Assembly (NCBI GenBank): GCA_963663165.1
Contig: OY760175.1
Location: forward strand, 2,944,001 to 3,008,000
Length of the DNA stretch: 64,000 nt
DNA from: an uncultured Desulfospira sp.
GTDB taxonomy: Bacteria; Desulfobacterota; Desulfobacteria; Desulfobacterales; Desulfobacteraceae
Direction of reading: 5' to 3'
The notes under the pieces were generated by a model that was not told where the DNA came from, made no database searches, and saw only the letters and a program-made list of their open reading frames with translations. The first letter of the stretch is position 1; each line of letters opens with the position of its first letter. This document shows, in pieces, positions 9,576 to 18,396 of the stretch. The translations under genes were made by a program, and so were the position numbers.

Positions 9576-10559
9576 TTAGCTGCTCTTTCTCATTCGTGGG
9601 TCCACAATGATATTTAAAATATCCGCTATAAAATTGCCCGAAAAGACAAATACCGAACTGACCACAACAATTCCCAGCAACAGGGGAAGATCCCCTTTTA
9701 AACCGGCAATGGTCAGGGTGCTGCCAAGACCTGGATAGGCAAATACCTGTTCTGCCATAACCGACCCTCCGAAAAGTTCACCAAAATAGGCAAACTGAAG
9801 GGAAATGGCGGGTATGATGGAGTTTCGAAAACCGTGATTTTTAAATATCTGCCAGGCATTTCCCCCCCTTGCCTTTGCAAAAACAACGAATTCCGAATTT
9901 AGGATATCAATCATTTTTTCACGGGTATGCATGGCGATATTGGCAATTCCAAGGACGCTGAGGGTGGCTGCCGGCAGGATAAAATGCCTGATCCGGTCCA
10001 GAAAGGTGACGTCGGTATTCAGCATTCCCGCCGGAGCGGCCAGGCCAACGGGCAGCCAATTGAGCCAGACCGCAAAAACGATCATCAGAATCAGGGCCAG
10101 CCAGAAGGCCGGTGTGCTGACCAGGGTGTAGCTGTACCATTTGATGACCCTGTCAACGGGTCTTCCCCGGAACATGGCGGCAACCGCCCCTAGAACGTAT
10201 CCCAGCACACCCGACAGCAGCCATGCAACCCCCATTAACGCAAAGGAAATAAGGAACCGGTTTTTTATAATATCGGCCACCGGAATACGGAAAAGCTTTG
10301 AGACACCAAAGTTGCCCTGAAGGAGAGCCCCGGCCCAGGAAAGATACCTTTCTGCCGGGCTTTTGTTTAAACCCCAGTATTCCCTGATCCGGTCAACCTG
10401 GTCCGGTGATATGCTGCTGTCTGCGCTGATGTAGGCACTGACCGGATCCAGCGGGGATATTTCAAGCAGGGTAAAGGCCACCAGGGACAGCCCGACCATC
10501 AAAGTCACAAGCCGTACCAGGCGAACCGACAAAAATTTAAGCACTGATATTTTATTCAT
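9576..10559 (-). CDS. Peptide/nickel ABC permease (OppB/NikB-like)
   Basis: PLDPV, FAKARG, EQVFAYPGLG, DPR. Start moved to ATG 10559. Confidence 0.93.
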   Translation of the reverse strand: MNKISVLKFLSVRLVRLVTLMVGLSLVAFTLLEISPLDPVSAYISADSSISPDQVDRIREYWGLNKSPAERYLSWAGALLQGNFGVSKLFRIPVADIIKNRFLISFALMGVAWLLSGVLGYVLGAVAAMFRGRPVDRVIKWYSYTLVSTPAFWLALILMIVFAVWLNWLPVGLAAPAGMLNTDVTFLDRIRHFILPAATLSVLGIANIAMHTREKMIDILNSEFVVFAKARGGNAWQIFKNHGFRNSIIPAISLQFAYFGELFGGSVMAEQVFAYPGLGSTLTIAGLKGDLPLLLGIVVVSSVFVFSGNFIADILNIIVDPRMRKSS

Positions 10560-12156
10560 TCCATGTCCATTCGGTGATATTGCTGAACAAAGCCCACTCA
10601 TGGCCGTGGGAATGGATGGGCTGGCGTCCCAGGTCAAGCCGTTTGTCGGCCAGGTAAAGGTGATCCACCCGCACAAGCCAGACAATGGGCGCATCCCCGA
10701 TGCCGCTAAAACCGGTTTGGCCGTCCCACTGGGCCAGTTCAAAATATTTATGGGCCTCTTGCTGTGAGGACGCCCCCAGGGCCAGATCCAGATATTTGTC
10801 TACGGTGGGGTTATTCAAGCTGGTCATATTGCAGATCCCCTTGTTGATCATTTTGGAAGAGTACATGGTGTACAACTGGTGGGGATGATGCCGGCCACCG
10901 CCCCACAGTACAGCGGCCGCCTTGCCTTTCAGGAAAATTTCATCCCAGGTCGAACCAATGGCATTTATCTTGATCCCCAGGTCCAGGGCCTGGTCTGCCA
11001 CGGCCAGGGTTAGATCGCACCGAAGCTGGTCTTCACAGGAAAAATAAAGGATAAATTCGGCTTTACGGCCGTCTTTTTCCAAAATACCGTCATGGTCTGT
11101 ATCACGCCATCCGCCGGTTGAAAGGATCTTTTTGGCACGGTCAATATCACCGTCTTTAACAATGGTTTTTTCATTGAACCAGGGCAGATTATCGCAAAGA
11201 GAGTAGGCTTTTTTTGCATAGCCGTTCAATGCCACATCCAGGAGCTTTTGACGGTCAAGGCCCACATTGAGGGCCCTGCGTATGGCCCTGTCACAGGTCA
11301 CATCATTGCCCACGGCAACATCCACGCCGTTGGTTATTCCCTTGCCGCCGGCAGGGACTGTGGGCAGCGTGATCCCCCGGGAATCGATGCTTTCATAAGC
11401 ATGAAGGGTCATTCCGTCGACCTTTTGGTCTGCAAAGGCCGGCGGGACATAGGCGATATCCGCCTCTTTGGCCTTTGCCGAAGCCAGTGCCGCATCCTCC
11501 TGGTAAAGCAGAAAGATCAATCGTTTAAACCAGGGTTCCTTTCCAAACCAATAGGGATTGTAATCCATGATGATCTGCTGGCCGAAATTTTATTGGATCA
11601 CTTTGTAGGGCCCGGATCCAATGGGATTTTTAGAGTAATTATCGTCATAATATTTTGCCGGCACAATGCCGATTTCCGTAAGCTGGCCCACAAAGGTTGA
11701 ACGGGGATAAAAAAGCGTAAAGACAATGGTATGGGCATCCATAATATCAATGGACTTCACAAAGGAAAGATCGAATTTGATACCATCTTGTTTTAACATC
11801 TCGTATGTAAATTTAACATCGGCTGCCGTAACCGGTTCGGCATTGGAAAATTTGACATCATCCCTTAACTTGAAAGACCATCGCAAAGCGTCACCGCTCA
11901 CGGTATAGGACTTTGCCAGATCACCGGTTATTTTCTGGCCAGTGTCTATCTTTAACAAAGAGCTGTGGGTAAGCCGGATCTGGGCATGGGTTCCCCAGCC
12001 TTTTTTGGGGTCAAACATGCCATTGTCGGCATAGCCCACAGCCAGAACCAGGTCTCGTTTTTCACGAATGTTTGAATGGCCGGATGCCTGTCCGGGATGT
12101 TTCATGACCAGAAGAACAATGCCCAGGATGATTAGAATAATTGATGTGTTTTTCAT
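10552..12156 (-). pseudogene. Family 5 ABC substrate-binding protein interrupted by one in-frame TAA
   Basis: ORFs 11590-12189 and 10552-11568 share a frame: PIGSGPYKVIQ*NFGQQIIMDYNPY; LRDDVKFSN...VTAADVKFT motif. Confidence 0.85.
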
Positions 12157-12172
12157 GGTAATAACTAAATTT

Positions 12173-12283
12173 TTATTTGAAAGTCTCACTAACGGGCATG
12201 GCCCGATTGGATTATCCAGCCGAGCATCGGGTCACAACAAAAAATCAAAGTCTTTTCAGATTGTTAGTAAGACTTTCATATAA
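12173..12283. repeat. IR-bounded ~110-bp element enclosing a divergent folded-repeat copy (B')
   Basis: TTATTTGAAAGTCTCACTAAC ... GTTAGTAAGACTTTCATATAA; same ends as 16798-17288. Confidence 0.8.
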
Positions 12284-12287
12284 ACCT

Positions 12288-12357
12288 CTTGAGAAGACTT
12301 TCATTATTTGTTGTGGGCGGTTCTTGGTTGGATAACCAAGACGGCCCGTGGCCGTTA
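12288..12357 (+). repeat. Folded dispersed repeat, copy B
   Basis: TTTCATTATTTGTTGTGGGCGGTTCTTGGTTGGATAACCAAGACGGCCCGTGGCCGTTA. Confidence 0.92.
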
Positions 12358-12368
12358 TTGGGTAACAT

Positions 12369-12417
12369 AAAAAAACCACGAAAGCACTTTCCTAATACAG
12401 CAACTGCCTTCGTGGCC
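12369..12417 (-). terminator. Terminator-like hairpin in the ABC operon leader
   Basis: Minus strand GGCCACGAAGGCA...TGCTTTCGTGGTTTTTTT, lying between the putative promoter and the SBP start. Confidence 0.65.
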
Positions 12418-12479
12418 TGATTTTAGCCTTATATTTTACAGCTATATGATCGTCTTCCTGACGATAAATTATCGAGGCG

Positions 12480-12536
12480 TGTGCCCCCCTGTAGATATTA
12501 AGATGCACCAAGGTTGGAAAACCCCTAAAAGAAAGT
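12480..12536 (-). promoter_or_regulatory. Putative ECF-sigma-dependent promoter, copy 2 (ABC operon)
   Basis: Minus strand CTTTCTTTTAGGGGTTTTCCA-N8-GCAT...AGGGGGGCACA. Confidence 0.7.
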
Positions 12537-12719
12537 TTAAAAAATGCCGTCTTAAGGAAATCGTGGGAGGAATGACTATCTCGTCCTATTAAAACCTAAC
12601 TTTTATTGACAATATTATTTTCATATGTCTAATAAAGATTTTTATCAAAAGGATAATATGTTAAATTTTCTAAAAAATTGCAGCTATGCCCCATATTACG
12701 CTCATGATTTGTTGAGGAT

Positions 12720-13232
12720 TTGATGAAAAACTCGGATCGATTGTGGCAACGGATTTTCGACACACATTATTATAATGTTTACGGATTTTTTCTGAAAAGA
12801 CTGGAGTCTCCTGAAGATGCAGCCGATGCTTCCCAGGAGACATTTATGCGGGTGGTCCGCCGCAATGGCACCGTAAGTCTGGATTCTCCTGCCGGATATA
12901 TTTGGCGCACCGCGCAAAATATGGTTAAGGAGATCAAACGGGCCAAAGCGGTTTCTTCTAAATGGATAAGTTCTAAAACCATTGATTTGGATCAGCAGAT
13001 TTCACCAGCGCCGACGCCTGAAAAGGCCATGGAAATCCAAAACATGAGTGACCATATCCTTGATGTTCTTAACCGGCTTCCGCCCCGATGCCGGGAGGTT
13101 TTTATTCTGCACCGTTTCAAAGGGTTATCTCACAAACAGATCGCCGAACAACTGAATATTTCACCCAAAACCGTTGAAAATCACATGGTCAATGCCCTTC
13201 TTTTTTTTCATAAACACCTGCAACGGCCTTAA
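12720..13232 (+). CDS. FecI-like ECF sigma-70 factor
   Basis: DAADASQETF region 2; LPPRCREVFILHRFKGLSHKQIAEQLNISPKTVENH region 4. Confidence 0.93.
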   Translation: MMKNSDRLWQRIFDTHYYNVYGFFLKRLESPEDAADASQETFMRVVRRNGTVSLDSPAGYIWRTAQNMVKEIKRAKAVSSKWISSKTIDLDQQISPAPTPEKAMEIQNMSDHILDVLNRLPPRCREVFILHRFKGLSHKQIAEQLNISPKTVENHMVNALLFFHKHLQRP

Positions 13233-13246
13233 AACGGTATTTTTTA

Positions 13247-13298
13247 ATTTTTTTAGGGGGTTTTCAACATTGTGGCATAAATATAGAGGAGGGCACAA
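13247..13298 (+). promoter_or_regulatory. Putative ECF-sigma-dependent promoter, copy 3 (fecR-TBDR)
   Basis: AGGGGGTTTTCA-N8-GCAT...AGGAGGGCACA immediately before the fecR TTG. Confidence 0.65.
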
Positions 13299-13300
13299 CA

Positions 13301-14362
13301 TTGAGTTTATCACGGGATGACCGTTTGGAGCAGGCTGCACGCTGGCTGGTTCAGGCCCAGGACAAAACCTTTACATCCAAAGATCGCAAAATGATGGCGG
13401 AGTGGCTTAAAGAAGATCCAGCCAACCGGAAAGCATTTGAACAGATGGAAGGTGTCTGGCAGCATTTGGCCGTGGTGGAACCTGTTTTTTCACCCCCCCA
13501 AGAAAATGATCCCCAGGCAATGTTAACTCACCGGCGTGTAGCGGAAAGGAAAACCCACCCGAAAGGCATATTGAACCGATTTTTCAAACCGGATAAAAAA
13601 AGGGCCATAGCCTGTATATCCATGGCAATACTGGTACTTTTCTGCCTGCCGGTATTAAAAACACAATTGGTGGAACCTAAAAAAACCGTTCATCCTTACA
13701 CCACCGCCACCGGAGAACAAAAAACCGTCACCTTAAGCGATGGCTCCGTTCTCAAGATGAATGTCAGCAGTTCTATTTCCGTGTGCATGAGCAAAGGGTC
13801 CCGGCAGGTTCAAATGAACGACGGCGAGGTTTTCTTTATTGTCAAGCCCGATCCGGATCGTTTCTTTGAAGTGCATACCGCCAAAGGAGTGGTGCGAGTT
13901 CTCGGCACTGCTTTCAATGTCAGGGACCGCAACGAGCTGGTGGCTGTGGATGTGGATCATGGCAAAGTCCAGGTGCAAAGTGCGCCCAAAAGCCCGGGAG
14001 ATATGCGGGTCAGGACGGTCAAACTGCTTGCCGGCCAGGGAGCGGACATCGATTCAACCGGCCGCTTGGCCCCTGTACGCACCTCCAATATTCATGATGT
14101 TCTGGCCTGGCAGCGACATCAGGCTGTGTTTAAAAACGCCCCCATCAGCCGTGTACTCCAGGAACTGGCGCTGTATCACAAAATCAACATAAAACTGGCA
14201 TTTGAAGATTTGGGGAAAAAGAGAATAACCGGCACCTTTGATATGCATAATCTGGAGCAGACGCTTAGATTTATCGTCACAGCGGCCTCTTTAAAGATGG
14301 AAAAGGACACCAACGGAACGATCAGACTATCCGGGGAGCCGGTTGTTAAAAGCGGATCGTAA
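13301..14362 (+). CDS. FecR-family anti-sigma/transmembrane sensor
   Basis: QAARWLV, WLKEDPANRKAF, TM helix, GEQKTVTLSDGS, VRVLGTAFNV. Confidence 0.93.
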   Translation: MSLSRDDRLEQAARWLVQAQDKTFTSKDRKMMAEWLKEDPANRKAFEQMEGVWQHLAVVEPVFSPPQENDPQAMLTHRRVAERKTHPKGILNRFFKPDKKRAIACISMAILVLFCLPVLKTQLVEPKKTVHPYTTATGEQKTVTLSDGSVLKMNVSSSISVCMSKGSRQVQMNDGEVFFIVKPDPDRFFEVHTAKGVVRVLGTAFNVRDRNELVAVDVDHGKVQVQSAPKSPGDMRVRTVKLLAGQGADIDSTGRLAPVRTSNIHDVLAWQRHQAVFKNAPISRVLQELALYHKINIKLAFEDLGKKRITGTFDMHNLEQTLRFIVTAASLKMEKDTNGTIRLSGEPVVKSGS

Positions 14363-14422
14363 AATATAACCCATGGCCCCGGCAAGAGTTGATCCGGAAA
14401 GATTAAACAGAAAAGCTGATAG

Positions 14423-16771
14423 ATGAACAAAACAATCGCCTGGATAAGTTCCTTCGCCACCACTATTTTATTGCTTTTATCTGCCATACCCGTCATGGCC
14501 GACCAGGCACCCATTACCATCAAACCCGGAACCCTGCAAGACGTTTTGGATGCATATGCCAAAACCACCGGAATAAAAATCGTTTATTTAAACGAATTGA
14601 TAGAAGGCAAAAACAGCCCCGGTACCCGAAATGCCTCCCCTGGAGATGCCCTGCCCCAAATTTTACAGGGAACCGGTTTAACCTTTCAAATGACAGGCAG
14701 CAACACCATTATCCTAAAGAAAAAGGACACTACGGAAAAACAACCCATTGCCCCAAAAAAAGAGGTTGTCAAATCGGGAACTGAGACCAGGGCGGAGCAG
14801 GACAGGGTTTATATGAAGATCGGGAACGTTACCATTACCTCACAAGCCAGGTATCTGGCTTCAGCCGATGCCCCTGCATCCGTAGATGTTATCGGTTCCA
14901 GCCAGATTGAATTGGAAAATGTGAATTCCAGTATGGAATTGCTCAAAAAGGTTCCGGGGGCCTATTTTGGCGACTGGAATCAGGGCGCGCTTGCCGGTTC
15001 GTTTTCCCTGAGGGGGTATGATATCAACACATCGGCTCCGGTGTCGCTGACGATTGATGGAATCCCTGCATTTTACAGCAGCCGGAACACGATTGATATG
15101 GAACCTGTCTTCCCCCTTGAAATTGATCAAATTGAGATATTGAAAGGGTCTTACGATCCCCGGTATGGCATCAACAATATTGCCGGCAGCGTGAATGTTT
15201 ACACCAAACGGGGCGAAGACTATACAAAGGCCCGTCTGCTTACGGGAAGTTATGACACCTACGACGGGCAGATAGCTGTTGGGGTTGAAGATGAAAATTT
15301 TTCCCAGAACTATTTTGCCGGGGCAAGGCGTTCAGGCGGATACCGGGATCACTCAATGGTTGAAAAGCAGGCCTTTTCCGGTAAATGGTTTTATTCACTG
15401 GATGATCATAAAGGACAAATCGGGGCCATTGTCCGTTTTTTTAATATCACGGGAGATGCACCCGGCTACCTTTCCCGGGATGATGCCGACAATAATCCGA
15501 CAAGTGCTGCCGCATACGCCCGCTCGGACGGCAGTGAACAGGAAAATAAGCAGGCCAGCCTCCATTTTGACTATGACTTTACCGAATCCCTTTACTGGTC
15601 TGTGAAAACCTATGCCCAGGAGATGGCATGGGATAAGTTTTCACGCTGGAGCCTTACCGGGAACCAAAGTGAGACCCTTATCACCGAAAAACAATACGGC
15701 GCGGTTTCAACCTTAACCTTTGAGAAAAATTATCAAACCATTCAGCGCCTGAAAATCGACTGGGGGGTGGATTACCAGTACAGCGAGGCCACGGAACAGC
15801 GGTGGACAACCGTGGACAGGGTCCGGCAGGGCAGTGAATACCGGTATTTTGATTATGACATGCAGTATTGGGGCACCTTTGTCCAGGTGGACAGCGACAT
15901 CAGGGACTGGCTGAGGATGTTCGCTGCCCTGCGTGTGGACAGTTTTGACGGAGATTGTATCAGCAAGGTCACCGGCAATGATTCCGACATGCTGGATCTT
16001 GATTTTATATGGCAGCCAAAGGTGGGGGCCGTGATCACCCCTTTCCAGGGGTATAATTTCTATGCCAACTGGGGCCGGACATTCCAGCTGCCCTCTACCC
16101 CGTACCGGTACGGGCAGGACACTTCCGGCAATCTTATATCAAGGGATCTGGCTGAATCTACAAATGACGGATGGGAAGTGGGAATAAAGGCCTCTCCATT
16201 TGACTGGCTGTCCTTTCGGGCCGACCTATGGCAAATGGTCGCCAGTAATGAGGTCCGGAAAAAAGGCGACGGATCCGGGGACAGGATAAACGTGGGTAAA
16301 ACCACAAGGGACGGCTGGGATGTTTCATTCAGTATCCGCCCCCATCCCTGGGTCTCCCTGTGGGGATCATACTCCCAGGTCAAAGCCGTGTATACGGATC
16401 CGGGAGAAGCGCTGGCGGCCGTTAAAGGAAAGGACATTGAACTGATCCCCAAAGAAACCGGAAAACTGGGCGTGGATTTTAATCATCCCAAAGGCATCAG
16501 TGGCAGTATCTGGCTCGAACATCAGGGAGACTATTATGTGCTCGACGATGCCACCAATGAAAACGAACCCGTAGGCGAGTACACCATTTTCAACTTTAAA
16601 CTGGCCTATAACCTGGGGCAGCTGACCAAAAAATTCAAAGACACCACCATTGGTTTTGAAGTCAAAAATTTATTTGATGAAGATTACTATACCTATGTGT
16701 GGAACCTGGATAACGGATTTCAGCCCGGTGATTCGAGAAGTTTCTATGTCTGGATGTCTGTCGAACTTTAA
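14423..16771 (+). CDS. TonB-dependent transducer with N-terminal signalling (STN-like) domain
   Basis: ~80-aa extension (IKPGTLQDVLDAYAKTTG...ALPQILQGTGL) ahead of a plug/barrel nearly identical to 4188-6287. Confidence 0.95.
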   Translation: MNKTIAWISSFATTILLLLSAIPVMADQAPITIKPGTLQDVLDAYAKTTGIKIVYLNELIEGKNSPGTRNASPGDALPQILQGTGLTFQMTGSNTIILKKKDTTEKQPIAPKKEVVKSGTETRAEQDRVYMKIGNVTITSQARYLASADAPASVDVIGSSQIELENVNSSMELLKKVPGAYFGDWNQGALAGSFSLRGYDINTSAPVSLTIDGIPAFYSSRNTIDMEPVFPLEIDQIEILKGSYDPRYGINNIAGSVNVYTKRGEDYTKARLLTGSYDTYDGQIAVGVEDENFSQNYFAGARRSGGYRDHSMVEKQAFSGKWFYSLDDHKGQIGAIVRFFNITGDAPGYLSRDDADNNPTSAAAYARSDGSEQENKQASLHFDYDFTESLYWSVKTYAQEMAWDKFSRWSLTGNQSETLITEKQYGAVSTLTFEKNYQTIQRLKIDWGVDYQYSEATEQRWTTVDRVRQGSEYRYFDYDMQYWGTFVQVDSDIRDWLRMFAALRVDSFDGDCISKVTGNDSDMLDLDFIWQPKVGAVITPFQGYNFYANWGRTFQLPSTPYRYGQDTSGNLISRDLAESTNDGWEVGIKASPFDWLSFRADLWQMVASNEVRKKGDGSGDRINVGKTTRDGWDVSFSIRPHPWVSLWGSYSQVKAVYTDPGEALAAVKGKDIELIPKETGKLGVDFNHPKGISGSIWLEHQGDYYVLDDATNENEPVGEYTIFNFKLAYNLGQLTKKFKDTTIGFEVKNLFDEDYYTYVWNLDNGFQPGDSRSFYVWMSVEL

Positions 16772-16813
16772 AAAGGGAAAAAGGGGCCCGTGGCCGGTTA
16801 TATGAAAGTCTCA

Positions 16814-17000
16814 CTAACAAAAGGAGACCCCTTCTCCTGCATCGTAAGTGTCGTATTCCGCCTCAATTAAACCAAGGGCTCCGGTCAGTTCAATGGTGTC
16901 GGTGAGCTGGTAGGCCACCTCCAGTTTAATTCCCTGGGAATGGCCGCTTTCGGCATTGTCCGTATAATAGGTGACCCCATCGGCCTTAAACACATGGACA
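16814..17000 (-). pseudogene. Internal fragment of an unrelated TonB-dependent receptor
   Basis: NAESGHSQGIKLEVAYQLTDTIELTGALGLIEAEYDTY resembles C-proximal TBDR beta-strands. Confidence 0.6.
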
Positions 17001-17195
17001 TCCTCAATATCAGGTACTGAAGTGTGGGAATCCATACCCGGTACCAATCCTATGGTTCAAGAAGCCGCAGATCGTGGCATACTTTTAATTCAGGGTGATC
17101 CCTTTTAATTTATTAACGTGCCCTGACGCTGCCCTTTAATGGGCGACCCCGTGCCCCCCCAACCGGTATCAGGCCGGCAGGACTTTTACTTTATA

Positions 17196-17265
17196 TAACG
17201 GCCACGGGCCGCTTTGGTTATCCAACCAAGAGCCGCCCGCAACAAATATTGAAAGTCTTTTCAGG
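17196..17265 (-). repeat. Folded dispersed repeat, copy C
   Basis: TAACGGCCACGGGCCGCTTTGGTTATCCAACCAAGAGCCGCCCGCAACAAATATTGAAAG. Confidence 0.9.
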
Positions 17266-17315
17266 ACCTTAGTGAGACTTTCATATAAAGGCAATTCTGC
17301 GGACACCAAACAAAA

Positions 17316-17545
17316 TTATCTTTTCTTTCTTGGCCCTTTTGGGCCAATCTTCTTCTTTTTCAGCATCCGGCCAGTATCGGCTTCCAACTGAATAATAAAT
17401 TCATCCTTCCCAGGGGACGCCCGGTTCTCTCATGTTTTTGCATCGCATCCCTTTGGACCTTATCAACCGGGAGATTTACAAATTCGCCCCACGTATCAAC
17501 ATACGCCAATAAAGGCTCTGCCCTTACAAGAGGGCCTTTGGCGAG
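17316..17545 (-). pseudogene. C-terminal remnant of a REP-associated tyrosine transposase (RAYT-like), frameshifted
   Basis: LVRAEPLL...W...QKHERTGRPLG, then after a frameshift DEFIIQLEADTGRMLKKKKIGPK*; this resembles the tail of RAYT-like Y1 transposases. Confidence 0.7.
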
Positions 17546-17617
17546 GTTAATGGCCAAAGAACAGTTCATTGAAAATCCGGAGTGTCAATGCGATTTTTCA
17601 ATGATAATAATCAAAGA

Positions 17618-18382
17618 TCACTCTATGGAAAAGAGGATGGCCACCATGTTCTTCAGGTACTGCTCATCGGACAGCCCGTCGGTGGCCTCGCCGGGAAAGG
17701 GCTGAATCTCCTTAAAATAAAGGGCCAGCTGCCGGAAAACCTCAACCCTTGCTTCCGGTGCCATGCTGTTTCTTCGAAGGATGGCCCCGAGGGCCACCTG
17801 GGATATCCCTGACGGGACCTTTTGCCTTAGCCGGGCGCAAAGATGGGGAAAGGATTTAAAGGAGTTAAATTTGTCGGGCCGGATCTGGCTTAGCTCGGGC
17901 CGGTCAACCGTTGGGGTCCGGATCACAATGGTGTTGGCGATCATATCCCCGATACGCTGCCCTTTGGCTGACCAGGCCGATGCCATGCCGCCGGCCATAT
18001 AGACCGCCGGCATGATATCAATGGCCCGCAGCAGATTGCGAATCACCACCTGGCCGGGTTGCAGCTCAAGGCCCTGGACATCCATTACCCTGAGGTTGAA
18101 CAACCGCTTTCCCAAAGTTTGCCCGTTCCAGAACCACTCCAAAAGAATCGGGTAAAACAGGGTTAAAAAAAAGTAAAACAACACCCAAAATCCGGTAAAA
18201 AGATCCTGGCTGACAATCTGAAGGACTGAAATCAGCTTGCCGGCAAAGGAAAACAGCGCCATGATGCACAAAAAGTCCACCAGCCAGGCCAGAAACCGGA
18301 CCACAGGGCCTGCCAGGATTAAGGAAAACCCAATCCCCTCGGGGGTGTTGATGGTTAATGTCTTTGTTTGATGACCGGCCAT
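17618..18382 (-). CDS. RDD-family membrane protein
   Basis: TPEGI...RFLAWLVD, GQTLGK, RNLLRAID, QRIGDMIANT. Confidence 0.9.
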   Translation of the reverse strand: MAGHQTKTLTINTPEGIGFSLILAGPVVRFLAWLVDFLCIMALFSFAGKLISVLQIVSQDLFTGFWVLFYFFLTLFYPILLEWFWNGQTLGKRLFNLRVMDVQGLELQPGQVVIRNLLRAIDIMPAVYMAGGMASAWSAKGQRIGDMIANTIVIRTPTVDRPELSQIRPDKFNSFKSFPHLCARLRQKVPSGISQVALGAILRRNSMAPEARVEVFRQLALYFKEIQPFPGEATDGLSDEQYLKNMVAILFSIE

Positions 18383-18396
18383 GGCGTATGGGAACT

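Larger units (their letters stand above)
16798..17288. mobile_element. ~490-bp element with perfect 20-bp terminal inverted repeats carrying a TBDR fragment and a folded repeat
   Basis: TTATATGAAAGTCTCACTAA (16798-16817) / TTAGTGAGACTTTCATATAA (17269-17288). Confidence 0.7.

Noticed and set aside
11590..11592. Selenocysteine or pyrrolysine recoding in the SBP gene
   Set aside because: The stop is TAA, not TGA or TAG.
12360..12540. Intact cobalamin riboswitch
   Set aside because: Only a GTCAGGAAGAC resemblance; the other conserved aptamer elements were not found.
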